DNA of 64,000 nucleotides from Azolla caroliniana (taxonomy: Eukaryota > Plantae > Polypodiophyta): contig JBHGNT010000022.1 of NCBI GenBank assembly GCA_043228905.1, positions 4,154,001 through 4,218,000 on the forward strand. Direction: 5' to 3'. Below are positions 23,499 to 35,800 of this stretch, one piece after another. A program made the position numbers and the translations under genes. Positions within the stretch are counted from its first letter, which is position 1; every line of letters begins with the position of its first letter. The notes below the pieces were generated by a model. It was not told where the DNA came from. It worked only from the letters and a program-made list of their open reading frames with translations, and ran no database searches.

Positions 23499-24165
23499 AT
23501 TATCGTCTCTGGTGGTCAAATATGACGTATGAGACCCTAAATATTACATTTCATGTGATACATGTGAAAGTGAGTAGTGACTCTCAATGTTTAAGAACTT
23601 TACCAATGAATGTTGCAATTGAGAGTGCACATTGTGGTTGTGAGGGAAACTTGTGCAAGGATTGGACTTGGTCGAAGATGTGTGGAAAGCATGGTCAAAT
23701 ATGACCAAAGGCAGAGAATTGAATCAAAATGTGATACCTAGACTCTAGAACTTGTGTAGGGCAAAGTGTGGATAGTCAACCACTCTCACCACTTGTGCCC
23801 CAACGCCCCCTCTCACATCGCAATTCATGTGAGCTAAGTCACATGGAAACAATGGTTCTAATGGCAGACAACAGGATGGGCCCTAACATTTATCGATGTG
23901 TACGGTTTCCCCACTCCGTGAAGAATATGGTTTTATAGTTAGATGCAAAATGTGTTTTATAATGTGTGAAGCGTGAGCCTCCCACATTTGTCCCATGTCA
24001 TGATACATTGATGTTGCAAAAAGACCTCATTTACAAAGGAATCTAGTGATGCATCATGAAGCAAGTGTGTTGCATCCTATCTATCAAACCATTTTTCCAT
24101 ATCTTGCATCCAACTGAACACAAAAATTTGTTTTTATGTGTCTTTTGGATCTTTAAGCTTTCTTC
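23497..24165 (-). mobile_element. Second, 5'-truncated copy of the same LINE 3' end
   Basis: Collinear similarity to 20565-21160 (CTATTATCGTC...GGTCAAATATGAC...GTGAAAGTGAGTAG). Minus strand reads LSSHELRCERGRW. Confidence 0.85.
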
Positions 24166-25188
24166 TATCATATGTAACTATAGGAAGAATTAAGTTTGAT
24201 AAGAAACGTTCTTGGGTTGAAATCTCTTTAGCCTATCTCTTTTCTTTAAACAAATTGTTGTTATTGAAGTGTGATCATCTCATCCATCTTCTAATCTAGA
24301 ATACTTGAGGTTACACCTACACATGTAATATGTATAGATCCAAAACACATTCATCCAAGATCTTGTTACTAAACAAGTGGTGGTGAAATGACACACACAA
24401 CTCTTGTAAAGGAATGGATTAATGCCACCATGGAGAAGCTACAAGTGGATAATATGTGCCTCCAAGAAGTTGAACTTGTGGCATCACATGTTGCCACCAC
24501 GACTATAATGACAATGTTGATTAGTGTGTCACCACTACCCAAGCCAACTCTAAAGTCTCCAAAACATTGACTCGGTGATTTAAAATATTAGTAATGGTGA
24601 TTGTCGAGTGTATCATGACACGAAGTGCACATCTGAGTAGAAGATGAGGCCCATTCCAATGCTATTCATACACAACATATGAATTGGATGACTGTAGGGT
24701 TTAGAGTGATATAATTCTTGTACTTAAAAGTAACAGAGACCACAACCATGATTGAGGCTAATTACAAGAGCTTTTCATAAAACTCAATTTTTTCTTGGTG
24801 TAATAGACAAGACTTGCATGCGCTCGAATTTAAGATACTATCTAAGGCGCCCTTGGAAGAAGAAGTATCATCATCGTTGACAAATTTGATTGATCTAGGG
24901 GAGTAGAATACACTCAATGATGTAGCAATTCTTAAAGCATCAAACCCATCAACACTTGCCGACCCAACATCTACCATGATAACTCTTTCCAACAATTATG
25001 GGGATACAAGTAAGACAACAAATTTAGGTTTTTTGTTGGTCATTCTGCTATCCTACACATGTGCACTTTGTTGGTTGTTTTGACAAACATCGTATACAAG
25101 AAACTGGCCATGTGTAATTATAAAGGATTTGCATAGTATAGGATCATATATTATAGTAGATAAGAACCAACGTATATAGTATACTTTA

Positions 25189-25848
25189 TATTGAGAAACG
25201 AATCGTTAATCCACAAGAAAAGGAATATGCTGAAATACACAACTCTGAAACACAGAAAACAATGTACACAGATTTAACGTGGAAACCCTAATACAGGAGA
25301 AAAACCACGGAGAACGGAGCTTCACTATATAGTGGATATAGAACAATGAGATCAGAGTACAACACTCTCTACACATAGTGTAAACAACCTTGCAAGGCTC
25401 TTGGCATATGCTGTTACTAAACACAACTATGGCGTTGCGCACTCAATCACACTCTCTTCTCTGTTGCGCTACGCTATAGAGGCGCACACATTCACCCGTT
25501 CTACATATGTCTAACTGAAACTGTTTGCCGTAAGTGTATTTATAGTTATGCCCTATATGGGATATTTACAAATGTAGCCACTGCGACTATCATTCCTATT
25601 ATTATTTGATATTAATAATAGTCTTACTAATCAACCGACTCATTCCTATTATTCTTTGATATTATTATTTGGTCATTGATCATCCGGTCGGCCCGACCAG
25701 CCGGTCGTGTTTTCGACCTCGATCAACTCTCTCTAAGTTGACTCCTCAACCGTCGGCTCTCATCTGATCAGTCGATTGCTCCCTGTCTTCGACTTTCGGC
25801 TCTCACCGAGCAGTCGTCTCCTCCCATTGGAGGGACATATTCCTAACA
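25189..25848 (-). mobile_element. Solo LTR
   Basis: TSD CTTTA at 25184-25188 and 25849-25853; ends T(A)TTGA...TAACA. Minus-strand start TGTTAGGAATATGTCCCTCCAATGGGAG resembles the LTRs at 21581 and 53725. Confidence 0.8.
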
Positions 25849-26280
25849 CTTTATTATATAAGGACAAATATCATAGTATATCACATCAAGTTGAGGGATG
25901 TGCAAAACAATTTGAATAACGCTTACTATAGTATGGTTGGATCTTAACCCATCATCGACCTCTATAAAAGAATGTAGTACATCTTGTTATAGGGAGAAGG
26001 AATAGGAAAATAATTGTAGAGAACAATAGTCCCAACTACACAACAATGGGTTCAATGTGGTGGTATCTATCTATCATACACATTCTACATCCAATGCTTG
26101 TATGACACATTGGAGATTCAGACCATTGCACCTATAGAGAGAGCGAAACCATCTTCAAGTCAAGCATTGGTTCTTCAGACGAGAATTTCTATTCGTAAAG
26201 CATGTACTTCACCACAGTGACAACTCGACTCAACCGCCTCACCATGACCCAACTCCAACATACCACATGCGCCTTTGGTC

Positions 26281-26436
26281 ATAACCCTTCTAGTTAGATC
26301 ATATACCCACTCTAGTTAGATCCAATAACCCCTCTAGTTAGATCCTATAACCCCACTAGTCAAGATATGATAACCCCTCGAGTCAGATCTGATAACCCCT
26401 CTAGTTAGATCCTATAACCCCTCTAGTTAGATCCTA
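26281..26436. repeat. 22-bp tandem repeat, ~7 copies (ATAACCCCTCTAGTTAGATCCT)
   Basis: Direct reading of repeated units upstream of the PPR gene. Confidence 0.9.
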
Positions 26437-26892
26437 TCTGTAATTAGTTTCCTCATTTGGTACTTTTCTCATATGGTTTGGCTTTTCCATTGTAAATTTG
26501 ATACCTATATAACCAGTTTCAAGCCAGTTTAGAGAGGAGTGTTCAAGCCAGTTTCTTTTTGTGTGATTGATTGCTATAGCCTATACATATATATATGTAT
26601 ATATCTGTATATTGTTGTTATGGCTCCTGAATCAAGCTTGCTGATTGCAGGAGATGTTCAGCAGACATACAGACAGCAGCGATGCCTGGCTGCCTCCACC
26701 ACGAGTTTTCACCATGTGGGTTCCTGCATCATCCCAGAAATGATGACCCATTATCACCTGATTGTGGAACCAAAATGTATGCTCGAAAGCAGCAAGTAAA
26801 GAGATCACCAAGATACCTGTGTATGTTCTGCTTGTGTGTGTGTGGTGATTGCGGTTATATGTTATTACCGCAAGCAGGGAAGAAGCAGCATC

Positions 26893-29154
26893 ATGCTAAG
26901 CTTAGAGAAGGAGCTTGCATTGCTCGAGAACTCATCACAACAGGCATCCCCCCCTGAAAGTATAATCCCGATCTTACAAAGATGTAGAAAGGAGAAGAGC
27001 CATGTGTTTGCTCATCGTTTCCATGCTTGCATTCGTCGAATGGGGCTCGAGACCAACATATCATTGGGGCCACACTTGCTCCTCATGCTGGTGGATGTCG
27101 GTAATATGCATGATGCCCAATGTATATTTGACACATTGCCTCATAAGAAGGAGGAACTCTGGAATTCTCTCATTGCAGGTTATGCGAAGCAAGGCGAATT
27201 GCGAAGAGCCATTGTTCATTATCAGAAAATGCAAGAGGAATCTGTACGTCCTAGTAGCCATACTTTTGTTCCCCTACTTAATGCATGTGCAAAACTGAAG
27301 GATGCCAAGAGAGGTCAAGAAATGCATCTCGAGGTATCTCGAAAGGGCTTGGAAACTAATATCCATGTTGGGTGCACTTTGGTTGATATGTATGTCAAAT
27401 GTGATTTGATGTCAAAAGCACAGGAAGTGTTTGACGAACTTCCTGCTCGAAATGTGGTAGCATGGAATTCACTTATCTCCGGGTATGCCAGACTTGGGTT
27501 TGGTAAGGAGGCACTGAACTGCTACGAGCAGATGCGAGTAGATGGTATCAATCCAACGGCTATCACTTATGTTTGCATCTTAAAAGCATGTGGCAGCATA
27601 GGGGCCCTAGACCAGGGGAACTATGTCCATAGCCAAATATCTACAAAGAACATGGAAGGGGACCTTTATGTTGGTAGTGCATTAGTTGACATGTATGCTA
27701 ATTTGGGTCTCCTCATGAAAGCACGTGATGCATTTGAAAAGCTCACAGCTCGTGACATAGTTTCATGGACCTCACTGATTGGAGGATATTCTAAACATGG
27801 GGATGGCCAGGAAGCACTCAATTGTTTCAAGCAAATGCAGCTTGAAGGCCTGCCTCCCAACACTTATACATTTGTCTGTAGTTTAAAAGCATGTAGCTGC
27901 ATAGGAGCCATAACTGACGGAGAACAATTACATGCATCAATTGCAGCAGAAGATTTTGACAGAAATCTCTTTGTTGGAAGTGCTTTGGTTGATATGTATG
28001 CCAATAATGGCTTTTTCATGGAGGCCCAAGAAGTTTTTGATAACCTTCCAAAGAGAGATATAGTCTCCTGGAATGCGCTTATCACAGGATTTGTCAAACA
28101 TGGTTATAGTAAGGAAGCATTGAAGGGCTATGAAAGGTTGAAAGTTCAACATTTTTTACCCAACAAAGTGACGTTCCTTAGCAGCTTGAAAGCTTGTGGC
28201 ATTGTAGGAGACTTCAAGAAAGGCCGAGAAATACATGCGGACATCGATAGGAGTGGGTTGACGATTGACTTGGTTGTAGGTAGTGCTTTAGTAGATATGT
28301 ATGGGAAGTTTGGTTTCCTTATGAAGGCGCAAGAGATTTTCGACACCATTTTGTCTCAAAATAAAGTATCATGGAATGCACTAATCACAGGCTATATAAA
28401 GCATGGTGCTGCTCAGGAAGCATTGAATTGCTTTGAGAAAATGCAACATGATAATATACCTCCAGATTTGGTCACGTTTGTTTCCTGCTTGAAGGCTTGC
28501 AGCCAATTAGGTGCTTCAGAAAAAGGAGAAGAAATACATGCTGCAATCACCAGTGAAGGCCTGGAGAAGGATGTCTTCATTGGCAGTGCTTTAATTGACA
28601 TGTATTGCAATTGTGGCATTCTGAGCAGAGCTCAGGAAGTGTTTGATAATCTTGTGATCCGAGATTCAGTCACATGGAATGCACTTCTTGCAGGGTATGC
28701 CCAGCTAGGAGAAAGTGAAAAGGCCTTTAGCATCCTTAATGGAATGTTAGAAGAAGGCCAAAGGCCAAGTATGGTCACATTTGTAAGTGTTCTTAATGCA
28801 TGTAGCCATGCAGGTTTAGTTGATGAGGGTAACATGTACTTGGTGAAATTGAGTCAAAACTATGGTATGCTTCCGAGTCTTGAACACCACAATTGTGTGG
28901 TTGACCTTCTTGCCCGTGCTGGCCAATTGAACAGAGCTGTGCTCTTTATTGAATTTATGCCCTTCCTTCCTAATATTGTGGTTTGGCATACTATCTTGAG
29001 TGCATGCCGAAAGTGGAGCAATGTGCAACTTGGGACGCATATATTTGAGCATGCATTGGAATTGGATGATAAAGATCTTTCCACATATTTTTACATGTCT
29101 AATATCTTTCTAGATGCTGGCATGCAAGAAGATGCAGAAATAATTCAAGCATAA
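26893..29154 (+). CDS. PLS-class pentatricopeptide repeat protein, E-subgroup (probable organellar RNA-editing specificity factor)
   Basis: Uninterrupted ORF (open from 26836; first ATG 26893). Architecture L-S-(P-L-S)x5-P2-L2-S2-E1-E2(short), e.g. NVVAWNSLISGY, VGSALVDMY, VLNACSHAGLVDEG, VDLLARAG, VWHTILSACR. Stops before the PG box/DYW. Start codon uncertain. Confidence 0.93.
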   Translation: MLSLEKELALLENSSQQASPPESIIPILQRCRKEKSHVFAHRFHACIRRMGLETNISLGPHLLLMLVDVGNMHDAQCIFDTLPHKKEELWNSLIAGYAKQGELRRAIVHYQKMQEESVRPSSHTFVPLLNACAKLKDAKRGQEMHLEVSRKGLETNIHVGCTLVDMYVKCDLMSKAQEVFDELPARNVVAWNSLISGYARLGFGKEALNCYEQMRVDGINPTAITYVCILKACGSIGALDQGNYVHSQISTKNMEGDLYVGSALVDMYANLGLLMKARDAFEKLTARDIVSWTSLIGGYSKHGDGQEALNCFKQMQLEGLPPNTYTFVCSLKACSCIGAITDGEQLHASIAAEDFDRNLFVGSALVDMYANNGFFMEAQEVFDNLPKRDIVSWNALITGFVKHGYSKEALKGYERLKVQHFLPNKVTFLSSLKACGIVGDFKKGREIHADIDRSGLTIDLVVGSALVDMYGKFGFLMKAQEIFDTILSQNKVSWNALITGYIKHGAAQEALNCFEKMQHDNIPPDLVTFVSCLKACSQLGASEKGEEIHAAITSEGLEKDVFIGSALIDMYCNCGILSRAQEVFDNLVIRDSVTWNALLAGYAQLGESEKAFSILNGMLEEGQRPSMVTFVSVLNACSHAGLVDEGNMYLVKLSQNYGMLPSLEHHNCVVDLLARAGQLNRAVLFIEFMPFLPNIVVWHTILSACRKWSNVQLGTHIFEHALELDDKDLSTYFYMSNIFLDAGMQEDAEIIQA

Positions 29155-32100
29155 TGTTGAATACAGATGTCTATGGAGAGTTGTCCATACCATTATATAT
29201 ACATTCAAGTTCTGTTAGTAATGGCTGGAGTTTCTGTAAATCGACAATACTTCCAAAGTGTGAACTTTATCCTGATGCAAGGCTTATGATATTAGCGCAA
29301 GACATATATTTCTATTGAAAATTTGAACAGTTCCGAAAGACAAGCTTAAAATTCAACTGGCTTTATGTGAGCATGGGCACTAGTTTCCCCAACATTGATC
29401 CTGTGCATAATGCAACTGTTATTCCTAAAACTTTGAAGGCATCTCAGCTACAGTTAGAGGTAAACATGGTGGCGAGAGCCAAGCACATTGCATTTGCTAA
29501 AGTCTATAATTTCACTGCTTAGATTGAGCAGTCTAGTCTCTACTGCATATTCAGTTATCATTCACAATGAGAAATGTTATGGAATACATATCCTACAGGT
29601 TTCGTATTGTGTTGGGTGGAAAAAAAACATCATGTGATCACTTCCAATGTTCAAAAAGCTGTAATTATCTAGAGTCTTCCAGGGTGGGTGTACAATATGT
29701 TTCTTTGGAAAGCCAGTGGCTACTCAAAAGCCAACAAATGAATTAATTTTACACATGATCATGAGGTCCATGGTGATCCTTGCCAGCAATGTTTCCAATT
29801 TTGCAAGAATTTTGTCTCCGTTATGACCTCAGCAAATTGTTTTATTTGAAGCATAGAGTGCATGATCATCATCCACATGAAAAAGTGTTTGATATTTTCA
29901 CCGATATAAGTTTTGAAATTAAGCCTTAGAAGATTGCAAAACAGAATGTATTGACAAACTCATGGATTTTGTTATCTTCCTCATCAGTGGATATAACTGA
30001 AAACTCCTCCTATTGATCGATTTCCTTATTGCAACTCTTTTTAAACACATTGCTGTTACTATGGACTACTTTTTAAGATATATGCATCAACTTCCTCATT
30101 TCGAGCTTTGGTCACTTGAAGCCAAGCTTTCGTTTGCAAGATTTCAGATACAAAACTGTAATTCCGGTTTCTTTTCTTTACGTTGGAGGGGGGGGGGGAA
30201 TATTGTCACAAATTTAAGGTGTGTGAATCTTAAGTGCTTAGATATTTAAATCCTTTAGTACCCAATGTTTAGTTATATTGATTGTGGTTTGTTCTTAAAG
30301 GTACACACATATTTTGAGATGTGATTTCCTGTTCAGTCTTATAATCCATTTTGACCTCTTGAAATACTGTTAAGCACCTGCCATATGTAACAAGATTCAT
30401 GATGAAGACATTAGACAACGAGCTTAATAGAACATTAGAGAAAAGGAGAATAGAAAAAACAAACTCCTTTGAAGACTCTAGGCCAAAGGGCCACCCCAAT
30501 ATGAATGGGGCCAAACTTCATTGTTAAAAGCTATAAAAGTCACTTTTTGGAGGTGCTTTTTACATAAGGAAGAAGTATGCCATGCATACATACATACATA
30601 CATACACATATGTTATTTAGATTGCATTATTTGTCTTGGCTCATTACTCATGTGACCGAATTCTTCAATGTGTTACATAAGTACATCCAAATCTTGGACA
30701 TTATATGCATATATACCAACGTATACACATACATATGTGTTCCCCTTTTATTTAGACCATTAATATTAATTTAGTTGATTTTCTTTGTTTCCAACAATTA
30801 TCTTGTTTTAAGGTAATGTAGATATGAAGCTAGTATCGGGCACCAAATTTAGTTATGTTATCTTGTTCGTTATAAGGACTTAGAAATAGGGTTTGAAAAT
30901 GTAAACAATGTGTGCGATTGGCCCATGAGGTCCATCTCAAATAACATTATATGCCTTAAAGTTAAAGAATAATGTAGACCAATATAAGATCAATAAATTT
31001 ACAATTTTGCACAATGCATTTCAAGACAGAAAATATGAAGTAAAGACATAAGCATGCAGCCACGATGTGGTACAGGATTGGGGAAAAGATTGAAGTTTGG
31101 GACAAGAAGATATACATGATGGGGTTATCATCATTTCAAGAAAGGATTCCTTGTAAATCTATTTTGAGCTCAATAAAGAGTCAAACATCTATCCAATTTG
31201 TGGACCCTCATATGTCTTGTAGCGAAACAAATGAGATGTATCAATTGTGATTAATTTGTGCAATATAAACTAGTATGATGGGTTGTTATTGTCAAACAAT
31301 GTATTGAGGTACAAATCGATATGCATGATGGTACTATGTGATGATTCATAGTTGAACAAAACAAACAATGGTGTGCATGTTTCCATTGATAGAGAGAAAA
31401 TGCAAATGAATGGATTTTTTCATGTACAAATTGAATGAAAAGAGCTTGGTGACTAAACGATAACAACGTATTTAGGTAGTGTGGCTCAAACAAAAGAGAG
31501 TAAGAGAAAACAAATGAGTATTGTATGTGTATAGACATGATTGGAATGAGGAAAGGACAAGAAGAAGAAAATGATGTATGTATATTAGAGTGTGCAACAA
31601 TACATGCTTACTTACAGAAACATTTATATATATTTCTACGAGAAAAGGATTGCATGTGTAAAGATAAGCACAAGAAATCTACTTCTAAGAGAGATTTATC
31701 ACCATATGCACTTTTTTGCATATCATTATAGAAGAAAGGGATCTAGTGCAATAGGAACAAAGATGCTAGCAATGCATGAGACATGAGCACGAGGATGGAA
31801 CATAAGTTGATAGATAGCATCTATCATTACCCATCAATAATAAGTACGGTCTCTCTTTCTCTCAACACAAAAAATTGTTTCATTACAAAAAGTATTCTAA
31901 AAACCCACCTATGGATGTCTCGCTCACTCATTACATGTAAATAGTCAATATCACATGAACTGAAGATGGTAAGTCAATAAGTTCAATACCCTAACTAATT
32001 ACTAGGCTAAACACTAAATGAACACATATGCCAGTATGAATTAGTCATGAGGTTGATATATCTTATAGTATAGAAAAAATAAAATCCACAAGCAGTCTTT

Positions 32101-32199
32101 CACGATATTTAGCATCAACTTATGCGCTTGTTTCAAACATGCTTCCTTTCTCCTTGCACTTTTGTTCTCCTCATCACAATCACCTACATCCCGTCCTTT

Positions 32200-32579
32200 T
32201 GTTACGGGCAAAATCATAATCGTAGTTGTGGGCTAATTTATAAGGATGAAGGGTGAGGATTGAGTTATCACAATCCTATGGTGGAGATAACTTTAGAGTA
32301 TTTCATCACTTGGAAAGAAGGCTAGTTACCTTTACGAAGGGGCATCCCTTTTCTTTACTATTTTGAGATAGAGACTCTGACAATGTGGGAAATCTCTAGT
32401 GTCATACACTTGTGCCACCTTCAAACCCAAGGTACGATCCATGTCTGTACATGGTGGTATGGGACAACACTGGGGGACTTGGATCTATTTCTCCCCTTCG
32501 TTAGGGGATGGTCAGGTGGAATAACACCCTTTCATCCTTATTTTCGTCTTTTTGTTTAACATTAATTAAGATTCTAACA
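32200..32579 (+). mobile_element. Probable solo LTR related to the gypsy at 43525
   Basis: Starts TGTTACGGGCA like 48390/43525; shares GGTGGTATGGGAC and TGGGGGACTTGG. End is ambiguous (ATAACA 32526 or CTAACA 32579); only a 4/5 TSD either way. Confidence 0.5.
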
Positions 32580-32813
32580 CCTATTGAGGGGCTTGGCTAT
32601 ATTTCCAAATAATATTATGAAACACACGTGGGATAAGTTATGCACCCACTATGGAGATCACCAAAATACCCTAGATACAAAAACGCAGTTTGTTATGAGC
32701 ATTCCTTACAAAGTTTAGATACTTGATTGTAACACATCAATAAATTTTCAAATGTTATAATGAGACCATTAAACAATACAAATCCTTTTAATGTCTATTA
32801 TTATTCAGATTGC

Positions 32814-35800
32814 TGAAGATAGAATATAAGCGGAAACGTATGTGTGAGGACTAGTCGTATGTGCCCAACAAACAACACAGAAGGAAGGCAAGAGAATAAA
32901 CAAAGAATGGACACGTTCGTAGCTTTAATGGAAGCATTGATATATTAAGTTCTCTCTCTCTCAGAGACACTGTACAAGAATGATCAAGAAGCACCCCTTT
33001 ACAATGTTAGGTTATTGCTTATATACTAAGCCCTAACTCTTTGGACGAGTTCACACTAGGATACAAATTGGAAGGAGCCGGCCTTTTATGCCAACAAACT
33101 CCCCCATAAAAGGACTACTCTTTTCTATATGTACAACAAGTATTTGGGGTTATTTCCCCCGTAAATCTAGATTACAAGATTAACCTAAATTTGTATTACA
33201 AGTTAGTCGGCATGTGGTAGAGGTGAAGTCTGTGTCACACTTAGATCGACTAGTCATCATGAAGGATTCGGTTAAGTCTCACCTTCTGCTCCTCGTTCGC
33301 CTTTCTTCTGCTCGGTCGCTTGTTGTAGTCCCATCTTTGTCCTTAGTGCTCTGAAGCGTTGATCTGGGAGTGACTTCGTCAGGCAATCGACGATGTTCAC
33401 CTCGGTGTCAATCTTCCAGACTTCGAGCTTCTTCTCGGTTATGAGTTCCCGGATGTGATGATACTGCACCTCAATATGTTTTGTCTTTGATAGACAGGAT
33501 TCTTGATGATGTGTATTGCGCTCTGTGAGTCGCAGTAGATGGTCGGTGTTGGTTGGTCGATTCAGCTTGTAGCTGAAAAGTCGGCAGATAGTCAGTGCAA
33601 ACAGATCACTTCCTTCGCTGCCTTCGATGCTACTATGTACTCGGCTTCTGTGGTTGACAAGGCCGTGCACTCTTGAAGGTTCAACCTCCATGATATCGCA
33701 CCGCCACCATAGGTGAAGATGTAGCTTGATGTCGACTTTTGATTTTCCGTATTTCCAACATTGTCGCAATCAGTGTAGCCTTCGACTTCGGTTGAGGTTG
33801 TGAAACCGAAAGTCAGCTGTGCATCCATGGTTTCTTTTAGATACCTAAGGATGTGCTTGAAGGCCTCCCAATGCTTCTGTCTTGTTGATCATTCGTACGA
33901 CATAGGCTAGGGCGGGTTGGGTCGGCACCATTGCGTACATGATAGTTCCTATGGCCGATGCGTAGGGCATCTTCCCATTAAGCTCTCTCTCCTTGTCCCT
34001 TGAAGGAGAACCTCTGTTCGATAGTCGGATCAACGTCGGAAGTGGTGTTGGTGCTGGCTTCCCATTCTCCATGTTGAAGCGCTTCAGCACCTTCCGGATG
34101 TAGTCGGACTACGAGAATAGGAGAAACTTTGTTGTCTGATTTTGCTTGATTCTCATGCCTAGTATGTAATGGGATTGTTCGAGTTCCTTCATCGCGAACT
34201 TGTCATGAAGGTTATGCTTTAGCTTCCTTATTTTTGCTTGATTGCTACTTGCAATCAACATGTCGTCGGCATATAGGATCAGGTAAATCCTAGACTTGTC
34301 GGCCAGTTGCCGAATGTACATGCATGGGTCAGAGTTTGATCGTTGGTATCCAAGCTGCATGATGTAGGAGTCAAACTTCTAGTACTACATCCTCGGCACC
34401 TGTTTCAAGCCATAGAGACTTTTCTTCAGTCGACATACGAGGTGGCTTTCCTCCCCCGTCGCTATGAAGCCTGGTGGTTAGGACATGTAGATGTCTTCTT
34501 CCAGATCTCCGTGTAGGAATATCGTCTTTACGTCCATCTACTTGAGCTCCAGGTCTTCGGTCGCCACAACTCCTAGTAGGAGTCGAAGGGTGGTCATCTT
34601 GACTACTGGTGAGAATATGCCATCGTAGTCGACACCATATTCTTGTTTGAATCCTTTCGTAATGAGCCGAGATTTGTACTTGGGTTTGTCTAAGTCAGAT
34701 ACATATTTGTGTCGGAAAAACCATTTGCAAGGTAGCGACTTTCTTCCAGCTGGTAGTTCGGCCAACTCCCATGTGTTGTTCTCTCTGATCGAGTCCATTT
34801 TGGATTTCATGGCTTGCAGCCATGTGTCGGCATCCGGTGCGGACAGAACTTTGTTGTATGTGCTGGCTTCGCCTGCATCGGTGTACTTAATGTAGTCAAG
34901 GCTTGGGTGATAAAGCTCTATTGGCCTTCGAGGTCGTTCAGATCTCCTGGGTGTCGAAATGAGTGGTTTGGATCCTTCGATTGTCTCTGTTGGTTGATCG
35001 GTATTTGTTGAGGCACTTGTGTCAGGAGTCCTATTGGTTGAGCTGTCCCCATGTTGGGATTTCAGCGGTGTCGTGACGTTCTCCCTTGGGTACTCGGTCG
35101 ACTCGGATTCGTTTTTCCCTTGAGTCGTATCCGGTGTTTTGGTCGGTTGGACTTTGTCTCGTTTGACGCTGTCATTTCCGACTCTAGTTGATTTGACTTA
35201 TTCCTTTGATGACTTTGTCTTTGAGTTCGACTCTTAGACCTGTTGCCGATTCAGAGTCGGCAAGTGTAATGTTGTCTTGTCTGAGTTCGACTGTTTGTCG
35301 AATCTTTGAGTCGCCACTATGGGACGACCGTTCTACGATAGTGTTGTCATCTTCGAAGGTTATCTTTTTACCAACTATTTTCTGTTGGCTCCGCTGAGAG
35401 AAGATAGAGTCTTCATTGAAGACTATGTCATTGCTCTGGATTAATTTCCAGTTCTTAGGGTCCCATAGCCGGTAGCTGAAGTCCCCATCGGGTCCATAAC
35501 CGAGAAATATGCATTTTGTCCCATGGGGTGTCAACTTGGTCCTTTTCTCCCTGGGGATGAAACCGTAGGCTTTGCATCCGAATATACGGAGCCTATCGTA
35601 GGTCGGCTTTTTGCCTGACCATAGTGCATGTGGCACCTTGAGCCTTACTGCTCTCGACGACGACAGATTTATCAGGTATACTGCCGTCTGCAATGCCTCG
35701 GCCTAGAAGTCCAACTTTAGTTTGACCTGTTGGAGCATTGCCGTAACCCTCTCCTGGATCATTCGGTTGATCTGTTCTGCCACTCCATTCTGCATGGGTG

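Noticed and set aside
24170-25180. Short ORFs 24388-24570 and 24762-24995 as a gene relic
   Set aside because: No recognisable domain or splice structure.
29155-32200. Downstream DYW exon of the PPR gene, and small ORFs
   Set aside because: No PG box, HxE or CxxC motifs seen in the listed ORFs; AT-rich with (TACA)n. A TBLASTN would be needed to exclude a decayed domain.
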